Part shown: positions 54,616 to 63,664 of the stretch, one piece after another | Layout: each line of letters opens with the position of its first letter | Position numbering within the stretch: position 1 is the first letter of the stretch | Virus record (IMG/VR): IMGVR_UViG_3300035156_000038 | Coordinates: 21,726 to 85,725 of that record | From: a virus | Taxonomy: Duplodnaviria > Heunggongvirae > Uroviricota > Caudoviricetes | Length of the DNA stretch: 64,000 nucleotides | Direction: 5' to 3' (one strand) | Translations under genes and position numbers: made by a program | Notes under the pieces: model-generated | Told to the model about the DNA's origin: nothing | Database searches by the model: none | Seen by the model: the letters and a program-made list of their open reading frames with translations, nothing else

Positions 54616-55431
54616 TTATTTCGGCCAACGGCCCGACACCAGCGTGACTTTGGCGATGCCGATAGGGCCACCAGCCAACAGGCTACGTGCGCTAGCTCCC
54701 GAACCGCGACGGGCTGCATCTGCGGTAGGGTACAGCTTGGTAGCGACTTGCTGGCCTTCACGGTTGCCTTTCGGGTCGAGCAGGGCGACGAACATTTCCG
54801 TCACGACTGGTTCCACCTTCGGAACTTCGTTGGTCAGGAAGCGGCGAGCTTCACGGTTCTTAGCAACACCGTTTACGGTGTATTTGGTAGGCAGTGAAGC
54901 TGAGCCTTCATACACCAGAACAGGGAACTTGGCATCACGCGGGTTCGTGGTCGTAACCAGAGCAACCGGGGTGCCTTCGGCAGTGAACAGCGGCTTGGTG
55001 AAGTCTAGCAGATGCTCCGCCAGTTCGAACGCCAAAGTTGCAGCCGTGTAGCGATGACTGCGGCCAGCAAGCTCGTCAATTTCAAGCCCGGTAGTGTCAT
55101 ACTCGATTCCTTCGTGGCTGCTGTAAGTAGTACCAGCTTTAGTGACGGTAACGATCTTACCGATGTCTTTTGGATGGGTGCCGTAGCCGCTTATAGCGAT
55201 GCGTACGCGGTCGCCCACTTTGAATCCGACAGCTTTCATCTGGTCTTCCCCGATGATTTGGCTCTTGGTTTCGCCACGGTCGCCAACGCCTTGCACGTTG
55301 TAACGCTGCGCACCCATGCTGTTCGAATGCAGGGAAGTGATGGTGGCAACCGAGCCTTCACGCAGGTAGTGGCCAATACTGCCACGGCGGGTAACTTGGA
55401 CTTTTTGACCGATTTTGAATTTGGTTTGCAT
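54616..55431 (-). CDS. paralog-family protein 6
   Basis: Start set at MQTKFKIGQKVQV (RBS AGGAGAAACAAACATG); two KOW-like repeats (KIGQKV…, KVGDRVRI). Confidence 0.5.
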   Translation of the reverse strand: MQTKFKIGQKVQVTRRGSIGHYLREGSVATITSLHSNSMGAQRYNVQGVGDRGETKSQIIGEDQMKAVGFKVGDRVRIAISGYGTHPKDIGKIVTVTKAGTTYSSHEGIEYDTTGLEIDELAGRSHRYTAATLAFELAEHLLDFTKPLFTAEGTPVALVTTTNPRDAKFPVLVYEGSASLPTKYTVNGVAKNREARRFLTNEVPKVEPVVTEMFVALLDPKGNREGQQVATKLYPTADAARRGSGASARSLLAGGPIGIAKVTLVSGRWPK

Positions 55432-55497
55432 GTTTGTTTCTCCTATTTGGTTAGCCCACATGGGCAATAAATAAACTACTTTTGCTGCGAGGACTGA

Positions 55498-55526
55498 ATC
55501 TTAACCCAGCCTACGCGTCTTGTCAA
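55498..55526 (-). promoter_or_regulatory. sigma70-type promoter
   Basis: Minus strand: TTGACA - 17 - TAAGAT. Confidence 0.55.
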
Positions 55527-55540
55527 GCGTTGCTAGCAAA

Positions 55541-56908
55541 TTACTCTGCTAGCTTCTTTCCTAGCTTCGCCGCTTCGAACTGTGCCAACACGCGTTCCAG
55601 CGTATCTGCAATGGTGCGATCATGGCGAATCTCGATGAACACGGGCAGTGACAAGCTGTAGGTATTCTTGCCACGTGCCGTGCTAATGTCGTTAGCTTCG
55701 CAGGTAACAACCTTCCCCGGTAGTTGGTCACGAATGGCCCAGAGGTCTTCGCGTTGCTTGTCGCTGAAGCCCGTACCGACATCGTTGGTAAGTTTCTCAC
55801 ATTCGGTAGCGATGGTCAAGCCACCCAGCTTACCTTTTGCTTTACCCTTACCTTCGAAGCTACCTACGATGACGTATTCGGCTTCGAAAACAACCTTCAC
55901 CTTCACGTTGTCTTTACTTCCCGAAGAAGTATCCTTCCAGACTCCGCTAGCGGTCTTCCACACAGAGCCTTCCAGCCCAGCAGCAGTGAGGCTGGTGTGT
56001 CGAGCCTTAGCCATAGCCACACTGGTGACTTTCCAGCACTGCACAACGTTGATGCTAGCGTTGTAGCGGTGAGATGCTACGGCAGTGCGTAGACCGTCCC
56101 AGCGATCTTCGTACGGACGCCCGGAGTAGCCAGTTTCGAACTCGCCCAGACTCAGCAAGTCCCATGCAATGTAACGGAACTCGTAGTCTTCGAACTCGCT
56201 TTCTTCAGCGCCTTGCAAGATGCTGTTAAGTACGCCGTTACCTTCCTTACGGGATAGCAACGTAGCAAAGCCAGCGTCCGTGGCAGCATGGCGATACACT
56301 TCCATTTCGCCTACCAGCACTTCGTTTTCATCCACGCCAGCCGACATACGGCCAACGAACCAGTCAGGATAGCAGCTACCTTGGCGGGTGCAGATGCGGC
56401 CCGGATTCAGGTAGGCAAACGAGCCGTCACGCTTCTCCTGCACGTAGAAGTATTCTTCCTTGTCGAAGCGTTCACGGGCTTTCTCATCCATGCTGGCGCA
56501 ACGCATGTACGGTGGGATGAAGTACAGCCCCGGCCACGTGGTAAGCACCATCGTATCGCCCACGTTCGCACCAATTTTGCGGTCAATGATGTAGCCGAAC
56601 AGTTCTTGCCCTTGTGCGTCAAAGGTAGCCAGTGTAACTTTCAGCAAGGACTTGCCAGCTTTCCCAACGAACTTGCGTTCCTTAACAGACTTTGCCAGCC
56701 AGTTTAGGTATTCTTGATCCAGCCTTGCCATGTTGCCCGGTGCAACTCCGGTAGGAAGCTTGGTGACGTAGTAGTTCACGGCAGGATCGTACACGGCCTG
56801 CATGTAAGCTTTGAACAGGTCGTTATCCTTGTTAGCTTCCAAGATAGCAAGCTTCTCGTTGTTACCGCTGGCGTCTTGCAACGCCTTCACGATTTGGTAG
56901 ATGGCCAT
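55541..56908 (-). CDS. ATP-dependent DNA ligase (T7-like)
   Basis: 455 aa; motif I QEKRDGSFAY (KxDG) plus the downstream nucleotidyltransferase/OB organisation. Confidence 0.75.
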   Translation of the reverse strand: MAIYQIVKALQDASGNNEKLAILEANKDNDLFKAYMQAVYDPAVNYYVTKLPTGVAPGNMARLDQEYLNWLAKSVKERKFVGKAGKSLLKVTLATFDAQGQELFGYIIDRKIGANVGDTMVLTTWPGLYFIPPYMRCASMDEKARERFDKEEYFYVQEKRDGSFAYLNPGRICTRQGSCYPDWFVGRMSAGVDENEVLVGEMEVYRHAATDAGFATLLSRKEGNGVLNSILQGAEESEFEDYEFRYIAWDLLSLGEFETGYSGRPYEDRWDGLRTAVASHRYNASINVVQCWKVTSVAMAKARHTSLTAAGLEGSVWKTASGVWKDTSSGSKDNVKVKVVFEAEYVIVGSFEGKGKAKGKLGGLTIATECEKLTNDVGTGFSDKQREDLWAIRDQLPGKVVTCEANDISTARGKNTYSLSLPVFIEIRHDRTIADTLERVLAQFEAAKLGKKLAE

Positions 56909-57291
56909 TTTCCGATTCTTTCTTCCTTGATAATTTTAATCATGTTGTCAAGCATCAGGAAGCGCCAGCCCTGAACTTGCTCTGACGTTCCTTTGTCAGT
57001 AATACGCGCCCCGAACTTCTTACGAAGAAAGTCTTCCATGTAAGCGTGCCTTCCGATGTGACGCCTAACAAGGTCGTTAAGCTCTTGTGGTCGGCTCACG
57101 CCGTACAAGATACGTGATGCGCTGGATAGTGCGAAACACGCTGGCCGCTGCTTGTGGGTCAAGTGGTATTCGCCCTTCCCGTTCCAAAGGTGATCTTTCT
57201 TGGCCTTCTGGATAATGGCGATAAGCTGCTTCTGCGATCCGTTGTAGAGTTCGCGCATATTATCTCCCTTCACGTTCGAATTGCTTAGCAA
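56887..57291 (-). CDS. hypothetical protein
   Basis: 134 aa; overlaps ligase start (coupled). Confidence 0.45.
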   Translation of the reverse strand: MLSNSNVKGDNMRELYNGSQKQLIAIIQKAKKDHLWNGKGEYHLTHKQRPACFALSSASRILYGVSRPQELNDLVRRHIGRHAYMEDFLRKKFGARITDKGTSEQVQGWRFLMLDNMIKIIKEERIGKWPSTKS

Positions 57292-57964
57292 TGCGGTTCA
57301 GCATATCCTTACGGCGTTCCTGCACCCACATTTCGCCCTGCTGCGTCACATATTCAGCGCCCAGAACATCCATCAACGTAACTTCGAAAGCACGGCTACC
57401 AAGCTGGCGTACGTCAACACCCATGATCTTAGCAATCTCGACTTTAACAGCATCAACGGCTTCGTGCAGGCCGGGACGCGAAGCGTATTCAGCACGGCGA
57501 GCGGCGAAGGTAAGAGCGGAGCAAGTGTAGGTGCGACCTCGCAGGTTTTCGTTGCTCAGCAGTTCGGTAACAGCCGCACGGGCAAGCTCCGAAGGCTTGA
57601 CGGCCACTGGTGCAGGCTTCACCGACAACAGACGGATGTACTTGTCTGCCAGCTTGGTGAGCATCTTGCGGCGGAACTCGTACGCAGCTTCGAAGGTGTT
57701 CACGTGACCTTGGCTTTCAAGGAACGAACCAACGGTGTACAGGCCGTTGATTTCTTGCTTGATGTCGGTCTGGATGAAGGCCACCTCTGGGGTGCGCTTC
57801 CAGTCATCCCAGCCGTTGATGGAATCCGATGCCTGCATGACAGCGTGGCATGAAAATTCGTTCTTGCCATAAGAAGTGGTCGGGCCAACTTCAAGGTGTT
57901 TGTCACGGGCAGTAACGACGATGGATGCCATCAGCTTCAGTTGTTCTACGGTAGCTTGGTTCAT
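57260..57964 (-). CDS. hypothetical protein (first gene of leftward middle region)
   Basis: 234 aa; RBS CTTAGGAGAATACCATG. Confidence 0.45.
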   Translation of the reverse strand: MNQATVEQLKLMASIVVTARDKHLEVGPTTSYGKNEFSCHAVMQASDSINGWDDWKRTPEVAFIQTDIKQEINGLYTVGSFLESQGHVNTFEAAYEFRRKMLTKLADKYIRLLSVKPAPVAVKPSELARAAVTELLSNENLRGRTYTCSALTFAARRAEYASRPGLHEAVDAVKVEIAKIMGVDVRQLGSRAFEVTLMDVLGAEYVTQQGEMWVQERRKDMLNRIAKQFEREGR

Positions 57965-57995
57965 GGTATTCTCCTAAGTGGTTGGTAAGAGCCGC

Positions 57996-58024
57996 TACTT
58001 TACTAGCTAAAAATCTGGCCGTCA
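57996..58024 (-). promoter_or_regulatory. sigma70-type promoter driving the leftward middle region
   Basis: Minus strand: TTGACG - 17 - TAAAGT. Confidence 0.45.
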
Positions 58025-58100
58025 AGAATTATTTTCAAAATTTTCCACTTACCCTACTTAGGTAGTTAACTACGTAGTATATAAGTAGTAAAGAAAGTAG

Positions 58101-58150
58101 TAGATACTAGATTTGAAAAACTGGATTTTTCTGGAAAATGTACCGAAAAT
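58101..58150. repeat. copy 1 of ~45-bp repeat (TTGAAAAACTGGATTTTTCTGGAAAATGTACCGAAAATTTTGG)
   Basis: ~80% identical to the copy at 63664–63710; the two copies bracket the early region. Confidence 0.5.
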
Positions 58151-58760
58151 TTTGGATGCTTCTTACGTGCGCGCGCCCCCGCACGCATACGTGTGCGTGA
58201 GAGGCGTGTTGCCTAGGCGTAATAAAGTTGTAGACAAGCAACAAAGGTTGCTGAAAAGATACGAAAGTTGCAAGAATGCAACAAACGCGGAGGCCGGGGA
58301 GAATTTCCGGCTAGAAAAGTCGTTCGGGAATAGAACCCCGCTACCGTCTGCACAGTATGGGTACGATATTACAGCCAACCCCGGCCAGAGTCAACCCCTG
58401 TTTTCAATTATTTTCGTGGTATTTGCGTAACACAAACACGATTTGCCATAGGTCGGCGCTCGCTGGACGCTTAGGGGATGCTGCTCGGGCTTGCTTCGTT
58501 GCCCGGTGCGGCTTTCTCTCTGCCAGTGGTGCTAGTATCGGTCAAAACTCTAGACGTGTCAACTACTTTCTTTGCTTCCTTGCTTCTTTCCTAGCTAACT
58601 TTCTGGCGTAGGATGGGCAATTGTTAATTTGTAGGACGCATCTGACGCAGCGTAAGACTAGGATTGCTTTTTCCTAGTAGGAGCTAAGTAGTTGATTCCA
58701 ATAGGAAACGCCGATTAGATCAAAAGTTTGGGGAAAGTCAAAAATTTATTTGTGTTTCGC

Positions 58761-58789
58761 TTGACTTAACATTTTTGCAGGTTTAAAGT
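58761..58789 (+). promoter_or_regulatory. sigma70-type promoter (early, rightward)
   Basis: TTGACT - 17 - TAAAGT. Confidence 0.5.
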
Positions 58790-58856
58790 TCATCCATACC
58801 AACCCCGCCGACAACGGCAAACCCGCCCCACGGGGCAACCTACTAGGAGAACTACC

Positions 58857-59825
58857 ATGATCGCAACCAACGCAACCAACGGCCCTACCGAAATCATCGC
58901 CCGTCTGGATCGCAACATGAACGCCCCTGTTGTCTTCCTTGCGCAAACGCTTGGCAACGGGCAGTTGCAGGCATGGCGGGGCGATGCTCAAAAACTGGAA
59001 TTCATCCCCGTACATGAATACAACCGTACGTTGCCACTTGCGAAGGCTGACGAAGAAATGATCGCCCAACGTTTCCAATCTTCGTTCCCCGGTTCGTCCG
59101 TGGTGCTGCGTCAACGCCTGCCCCGCCAACCACAGCAGCGCCCTACCCTGTTTGCTGGCAACGCCCCCCAGCTTCCGGCCCCGGCTGCTAACAATGTCGT
59201 CCCACTGGTGCAGCCGCAAGCGCCAGCAGCTACCCCAGCCCCGGCAGCAGCCGCACAGCCTGCCCCAGCAGCTACGCCAGCCCCTACGGCAGCAGCCCAG
59301 CCGCAAGCCGCCAACGTTCCCGCCTCTAATATGTCGTCGGCTGAATTGCTGGATCAAATCAAGGCTACCAACGACAAACGACTGACGCTTGCTACCTTGG
59401 TGGGCGACCTGACTACGCAACTCACGCAGGCAACCACGGAGAAGGAAGCGACGGAAACGGCCTACGCCACGCTGACGGCCCAGTATCACGAAGCCGTGAA
59501 CCGTGAAGCCGAAGAAGAAAAGCAACGCCGGGAAGCAGCCTTGCAAGCTGTATTAGGCGGAACTACCCAGCTTGCAGCAGCAGCCCAGCAGCTACACGAC
59601 ACGGCAACTCAGGAAGCGAAGACGCCAGCCCCAGCAGCCGCACCGGATACCCCGGCACAGCAGGCAGAAGCAGCAACCCAGAAAGGTAACGCCCCGGTAC
59701 GTGGTGCGGGTGGTAAATTCCAACGGGCGGGAGACAAGGCCCCCGGCATTGCCCGTAAAACCCCGGCGAAGGGTGCAGCACGAAACAAAGGCGGTTCCCG
59801 CAAGCCTACCGCTAAGCCTGTGTAA
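58857..59825 (+). CDS. Pro/Ala/Gln-rich disordered early protein with basic histone-like tail
   Basis: 322 aa; RBS AGGAGAACTACCATG; low-complexity PAPAA repeats, central coiled coil, C-term KTPAKGAARNKGGSRKPTAKPV. Confidence 0.5.
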   Translation: MIATNATNGPTEIIARLDRNMNAPVVFLAQTLGNGQLQAWRGDAQKLEFIPVHEYNRTLPLAKADEEMIAQRFQSSFPGSSVVLRQRLPRQPQQRPTLFAGNAPQLPAPAANNVVPLVQPQAPAATPAPAAAAQPAPAATPAPTAAAQPQAANVPASNMSSAELLDQIKATNDKRLTLATLVGDLTTQLTQATTEKEATETAYATLTAQYHEAVNREAEEEKQRREAALQAVLGGTTQLAAAAQQLHDTATQEAKTPAPAAAPDTPAQQAEAATQKGNAPVRGAGGKFQRAGDKAPGIARKTPAKGAARNKGGSRKPTAKPV

Positions 59826-59892
59826 TAATTTCCAACAGGAAGTAAATAGCCCTTGCGGGTAGATGGAAGGTATGTAAGAATGCTCTTACACC

Positions 59893-60150
59893 GTGACAAG
59901 CCGTTACGGTAAACCAACCCATCTACCCGAAAGTGTACCGATGAATCGCAATGTCTCCCCAGAGGCTACCACTATGGCCGCTCTAATTCTCTACAAGCTT
60001 CTTCCCCGCAAAGTAAACGGTTTTTGGACTGTGACGCTTAACTCTAACGAAAATTCTGTACAGTTCCGTTCCCAGACGAAGGCGAACGCGTTGGACTGGA
60101 TAGACGACAACCAGCCCAAACAGCCCCAGAACGCACCACAGGCGGCTTAA
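59893..60150 (+). CDS. hypothetical early protein
   Basis: 85 aa; true start may be internal (MAALILYKL with GAGG RBS). Confidence 0.3.
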   Translation: MTSRYGKPTHLPESVPMNRNVSPEATTMAALILYKLLPRKVNGFWTVTLNSNENSVQFRSQTKANALDWIDDNQPKQPQNAPQAA

Positions 60151-60274
60151 ATGCCCCGGCCCTACGTTCCCCGCGACTATGTAGCCGAACACGCCCAGCA
60201 GGCCGCTATGTGGGCTGCGTTCAAGGCGGCAAAGGCGGCAATCCTTAGCAGCGCAAGCAAATAAGAATAAACGC

Positions 60275-60303
60275 TTGCACTAACTAAAAAGTTTCGTTAG
60301 AAT
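60275..60303 (+). promoter_or_regulatory. early promoter cassette copy 1
   Basis: AATAAACGCTTGCACTAACTAAAAAG…TAGAAT (TTGCAC - 17 - TAGAAT). Confidence 0.55.
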
Positions 60304-60336
60304 AGCTTCACTCAACCAACAACTGAAGGTAACAAC

Positions 60337-60936
60337 ATGAACAACGCAATCGAATTCAAGGGCTTCAAGATCGAATTTATCAGCAACGGGCTTAACATCG
60401 ACTCGGGCCGCTACTTCGTTTCCCCGGCAAACGCCTACAACGGTATCAACCCGAACGGATACGCCACGATGGGCGGGGCTAAAGGGGCGATCACTAAATT
60501 CGTCAACCACGCAGCAACCCTGCCCCCAGCAGCTACCGAAGTCACGAACGCCGCAGGCGTCGAACTGAAGCAAGACGCAAGTGTGGTTGTCGTCAACGCA
60601 GGCCCGGACGCTGAAGCCGTCAAACCGTCGCCAATCGTGACGAAGTGCGCAAGCAAGGAAGACGCCGACCGTGCGACCGTGGAAGCCAAAGAAGCCGAAA
60701 GCAATCACCTTATGGCCCAGCTTCGTTACCACGGCTTTACCAAGCCTGTGCATAGCTTCAACCCGCGTTTGTGTGACTATCGCAGCCGCAACAAGCGCGA
60801 AGGCCATACGGCGGAACGCCTGAAGTGGGCAACAAAGCACATGAGTGCAGAAGCGAAGAATCGCAAGCAACGCAAGGCCGCAAAGCTGGCGTACAACGCC
60901 AAAGCTGGCCGCTTGTTGTCCAAGCTTGAATTTTAA
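60337..60936 (+). CDS. hypothetical early protein
   Basis: 199 aa; RBS GAAGGTAACAACATG. Confidence 0.5.
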   Translation: MNNAIEFKGFKIEFISNGLNIDSGRYFVSPANAYNGINPNGYATMGGAKGAITKFVNHAATLPPAATEVTNAAGVELKQDASVVVVNAGPDAEAVKPSPIVTKCASKEDADRATVEAKEAESNHLMAQLRYHGFTKPVHSFNPRLCDYRSRNKREGHTAERLKWATKHMSAEAKNRKQRKAAKLAYNAKAGRLLSKLEF

Positions 60937-60998
60937 ACAAAGGCGGCAACATAGCCGCCAACAATCCAACCAACCTAGAGAACTGAAAAGAGAATATC

Positions 60999-61166
60999 AT
61001 GCACGGCAACGAAGGCTTCCAGCCCCTTAACGCACGCACCAAGCAACGCAACGCACGCCCACCGGGCGGCACGCAGGCCGAACCCCTGAAGCAAGCCAAA
61101 CGCGGCAAGGGCTGGCAACGCGAGAACAACAAGCGCGACCAGTGGCAAGAAACGCCGGAATTCTGA
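60999..61166 (+). CDS. small basic protein (~55 aa)
   Basis: Sub-threshold ORF MHGNEGFQPLNARTKQRNARPPGG…; followed by terminator. Approximate. Confidence 0.3.
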   Translation: MHGNEGFQPLNARTKQRNARPPGGTQAEPLKQAKRGKGWQRENNKRDQWQETPEF

Positions 61167-61178
61167 CGCGTACGTAAG

Positions 61179-61207
61179 CCGCACCTAGCCCGTGCGGTTT
61201 TCTTTCG
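61179..61207 (+). terminator. rho-independent terminator
   Basis: CCGCAC-CTAGCC-CGTGCGG followed by TTTTCTTTC. Confidence 0.5.
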
Positions 61208-61227
61208 TCCTATTCAATAATAACCGC

Positions 61228-61256
61228 TTGCACAAACTAAAAAGCTTCTATACAAT
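61228..61256 (+). promoter_or_regulatory. early promoter cassette copy 2
   Basis: AATAATAACCGCTTGCACAAACTAAAAAG…TACAAT. Confidence 0.55.
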
Positions 61257-61281
61257 GCAAGGCATACCAACCAACCTAAGA

Positions 61282-61554
61282 GGTTCTAACGTGGCAAAAC
61301 TTACGGCAGCACAGCAACGCGCACTTGAAACCATCGCGTATCACTTGAACCGTGCGCAAGCTTTCTTAAGCAAGCCCGATGTTATAGTTGCAATGAAGAA
61401 AAGTCATCCAGTACCAACGACAACGCTAGATTTTATTCTTCCAGATGGTACGGTAGCATTTGCGATTGATAAGGAAATTGGAAGCGACCTAGCCGGGTTG
61501 GAAATGGGTATGCAATACCTTAAGAATTTTGTAGAGTTCAACAGCAAACAATAG
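61282..61554 (+). CDS. hypothetical early protein
   Basis: GTG start after RBS AAGAGG (the upstream ATG would overlap the −10); ~90 aa. Confidence 0.4.
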   Translation, partial: GSNVAKLTAAQQRALETIAYHLNRAQAFLSKPDVIVAMKKSHPVPTTTLDFILPDGTVAFAIDKEIGSDLAGLEMGMQYLKNFVEFNSKQ

Positions 61555-61595
61555 CCAACCGGGGCCACGGCCCCACTAACAAAGAGGGTAATATC

Positions 61596-62018
61596 ATGCA
61601 AGCTAATACAACCGAAGTTAAGAAGGCCGAACGCGTAGAAGCCCCGGCATTGGATCACGATAGAATGATGCTGGAAAAATACAAGATAGCAGTTATCCCG
61701 CGTGGCAAGATCGAACGCCGCGTGGTCGCTAACCTGCTGGCCCATTTGTGGGCTAACGGCTTCCAGCCTGTAGAACTGAATGACGGGGAAGAAGAAACGA
61801 AGGTAGAAGGCCCACAAAACACGATGGAACTTATGTTCAATCTGGACGAATGCCGGGTGTACTTCAGTCACGCGAGCGCCCCGGAACGTCTGCAATGGGT
61901 CTTCTTCGTGTTTGGCAATGACGGCTGGGACTGCATCTGTGACTACTCCGCCCCGGAAGACAACTACAACAACTGGAACGCGGTTATGGACGCCTTCAAC
62001 CCGGAAGACTACGCGTAA
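61596..62018 (+). CDS. hypothetical acidic early protein
   Basis: 140 aa; RBS AAAGAGGGTAATATCATG. Confidence 0.5.
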   Translation: MQANTTEVKKAERVEAPALDHDRMMLEKYKIAVIPRGKIERRVVANLLAHLWANGFQPVELNDGEEETKVEGPQNTMELMFNLDECRVYFSHASAPERLQWVFFVFGNDGWDCICDYSAPEDNYNNWNAVMDAFNPEDYA

Positions 62019-62026
62019 TAATAACA

Positions 62027-62055
62027 GTTGACACAAACTAAAAGCCCCTGCATAA
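62027..62055 (+). promoter_or_regulatory. early promoter cassette copy 3
   Basis: AATAATAACAGTTGACACAAACTAAAAG…CATAAT; the −10 lies in the loop of a GCCCC/GGGGC hairpin. Confidence 0.55.
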
Positions 62056-62089
62056 TGGGGCTTCCTTAACCAATTACACAGGTAGCAAC

Positions 62090-62725
62090 ATGAAGAACTT
62101 CACCGCACAAGTACGAATGATGGACGGCACTTTGGAAGCTGTAAAGCTGGACGCCGAAAGCCTTTTTTCAGTGGAAACGGCAGTAATGGAACAACTGTTC
62201 AAGGAAGGTAAGCATCCAAACCGTATTGAACACATGGGCCTCACTCCACCAATGAAAGATGCTTGTTTCGTGGTTAATCGTGCTGCTAACGACTTCGTTA
62301 TTCTGGACGATGCCCTGTGGAACAACGTGGAAGGCGTCTACCGGGGCCGGTTCGGCGCTAAGACGCTGGAACAGTACAAGCTTGACCCGGCCTACAACAT
62401 CGCGGAATTGATGGAATGGGACGATGCCCAAAAGCTCTACGATAAAGCCCAATCGGCTAAGTATTGCGGCCCCGTCAAAGAGATTGACGAAGACCGCTAT
62501 AATTACCTGCTGGAAGTTCTGCCCCCGGAAGATTGGGTATATGGCGGGGCCGAATCCAGCTTCAAGCTGTGCGAACGGCTCAGCGGCAACATTACCACGA
62601 TTGCAGCCCGGATCGGGGGCAAGCATTACGAATTCAACGACGATTACAAGATGCCACACGCGGCCATTGTTGCCAAGGTGGGGAAGGCTATCGAAGACGG
62701 TACGCTTATCAAGCTGGAAGCGTGA
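62090..62725 (+). CDS. hypothetical early protein
   Basis: 211 aa; RBS CAGGTAGCAACATG. Confidence 0.5.
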   Translation: MKNFTAQVRMMDGTLEAVKLDAESLFSVETAVMEQLFKEGKHPNRIEHMGLTPPMKDACFVVNRAANDFVILDDALWNNVEGVYRGRFGAKTLEQYKLDPAYNIAELMEWDDAQKLYDKAQSAKYCGPVKEIDEDRYNYLLEVLPPEDWVYGGAESSFKLCERLSGNITTIAARIGGKHYEFNDDYKMPHAAIVAKVGKAIEDGTLIKLEA

Positions 62726-62727
62726 AC

Positions 62728-62755
62728 AAGCCCCGAAAGGGGCTTTTCTTTTTGT
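62728..62755 (+). terminator. rho-independent terminator
   Basis: AAGCCCC-GAAA-GGGGCTT followed by TTCTTTTTG. Confidence 0.65.
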
Positions 62756-62764
62756 AATAACCGC

Positions 62765-62794
62765 TTGCACAAGAATGCTTTTCTGTTGTATTAT
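62765..62794 (+). promoter_or_regulatory. early promoter cassette copy 4
   Basis: GTAATAACCGCTTGCACAAGAATG…TATTAT (18-nt spacer). Confidence 0.5.
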
Positions 62795-62827
62795 GTTTGT
62801 ATTCCAACAAAAACGTATTCCTAGAAC

Positions 62828-63046
62828 ATGGCAAAGCGCAACGTTTTAATGTCAGTCAACGGCGTGGTAACGCTGGAAGTCCCACGGTATAATAAACCCG
62901 TGGTTGTTTCGCTACCATGCCGTATCGTAGGTAATCGCCTGTACACGATGACGCGCACGTTTTGCCTTGTCACCCTCCAAAAGATCGCCGGGGCTGCTGG
63001 GGATGCTGATTGCAAACTAATTTCTTATACCACAGTGAACGGATAA
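62828..63046 (+). CDS. hypothetical small early protein
   Basis: 72 aa. Confidence 0.4.
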   Translation: MAKRNVLMSVNGVVTLEVPRYNKPVVVSLPCRIVGNRLYTMTRTFCLVTLQKIAGAAGDADCKLISYTTVNG

Positions 63047-63050
63047 TTCT

Positions 63051-63425
63051 ATGCCACGTCAACCAGTTAGCAACCTTCCCACGCTGGAAGAACGCATTTT
63101 TCACTCAGACGGCAAAGGCTTACGCGGGATCACCCTGTTAGCTGCTAGCGGCAGGCGTGGCGATGCCTTAAGCGTGGCCGTGCATGACTCCGAAGGCAAG
63201 CGTAAGAACATCACTACGCTATCCCTGAAGGGGCAGGACTTTAACAGCCAATGGGTAAAGGCTGTTGATGCTATCGCAGCCTACCACGGCGACAAGGTAG
63301 ACAACGGCCTACGCCGTACCATGTACGAAGCGTCCGGGGCCTTCCTGAAGCGTTACAGGCTCACGCTTACGCCTGTTGTAGTCGCCTATCACGAAGCCTC
63401 GACAGAGGCGGCAGAGCCGTGTTAA
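63051..63425 (+). CDS. hypothetical early protein
   Basis: 124 aa. Confidence 0.45.
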   Translation: MPRQPVSNLPTLEERIFHSDGKGLRGITLLAASGRRGDALSVAVHDSEGKRKNITTLSLKGQDFNSQWVKAVDAIAAYHGDKVDNGLRRTMYEASGAFLKRYRLTLTPVVVAYHEASTEAAEPC

Positions 63426-63664
63426 AGCCCATCCAGACGGAGATTAGAACGGCGGTTGTTGACGGCGTTCTGTGCCGCGTGTTGACTACGGCAGGCGGGG
63501 CTATGGCTGAGCCTATCGTCAAGGTTCAAAAGCGTATGAGTAAGATCAACGCTAAGCGCCCCGTCTGGGTATCCGTGCGGGAATTTGATAAATTTTTGCG
63601 TGCGCAAATTCTGGAAGCGGTAGAAGGCAAAGAGCCTGACGTAATACTACCCGGCCACGGCTGA
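63419..63664 (+). CDS. hypothetical early protein
   Basis: 81 aa; overlaps previous gene (coupled). Confidence 0.4.
   Translation: MLKPIQTEIRTAVVDGVLCRVLTTAGGAMAEPIVKVQKRMSKINAKRPVWVSVREFDKFLRAQILEAVEGKEPDVILPGHG

Noticed and set aside
58380-58860. Searched the large intergenic region (and 30.4–30.6 kb, 45.7–45.9 kb) for tRNA genes
   Set aside because: No GTTCGAATC-type T-loop or cloverleaf-compatible ~75-nt segment found by eye; tRNAscan-SE needed for certainty.
58746-59546. 266-aa − strand ORF antisense to the first early gene
   Set aside because: Arises from the GC/Pro-Ala-rich repeat region; no RBS; the + strand has promoter and a strong RBS.
60280-60969. 229-aa − strand ORF antisense to early gene 60337..60936
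   Set aside because: Cys/Arg-rich shadow composition, no RBS, and it would be read against four rightward promoters.
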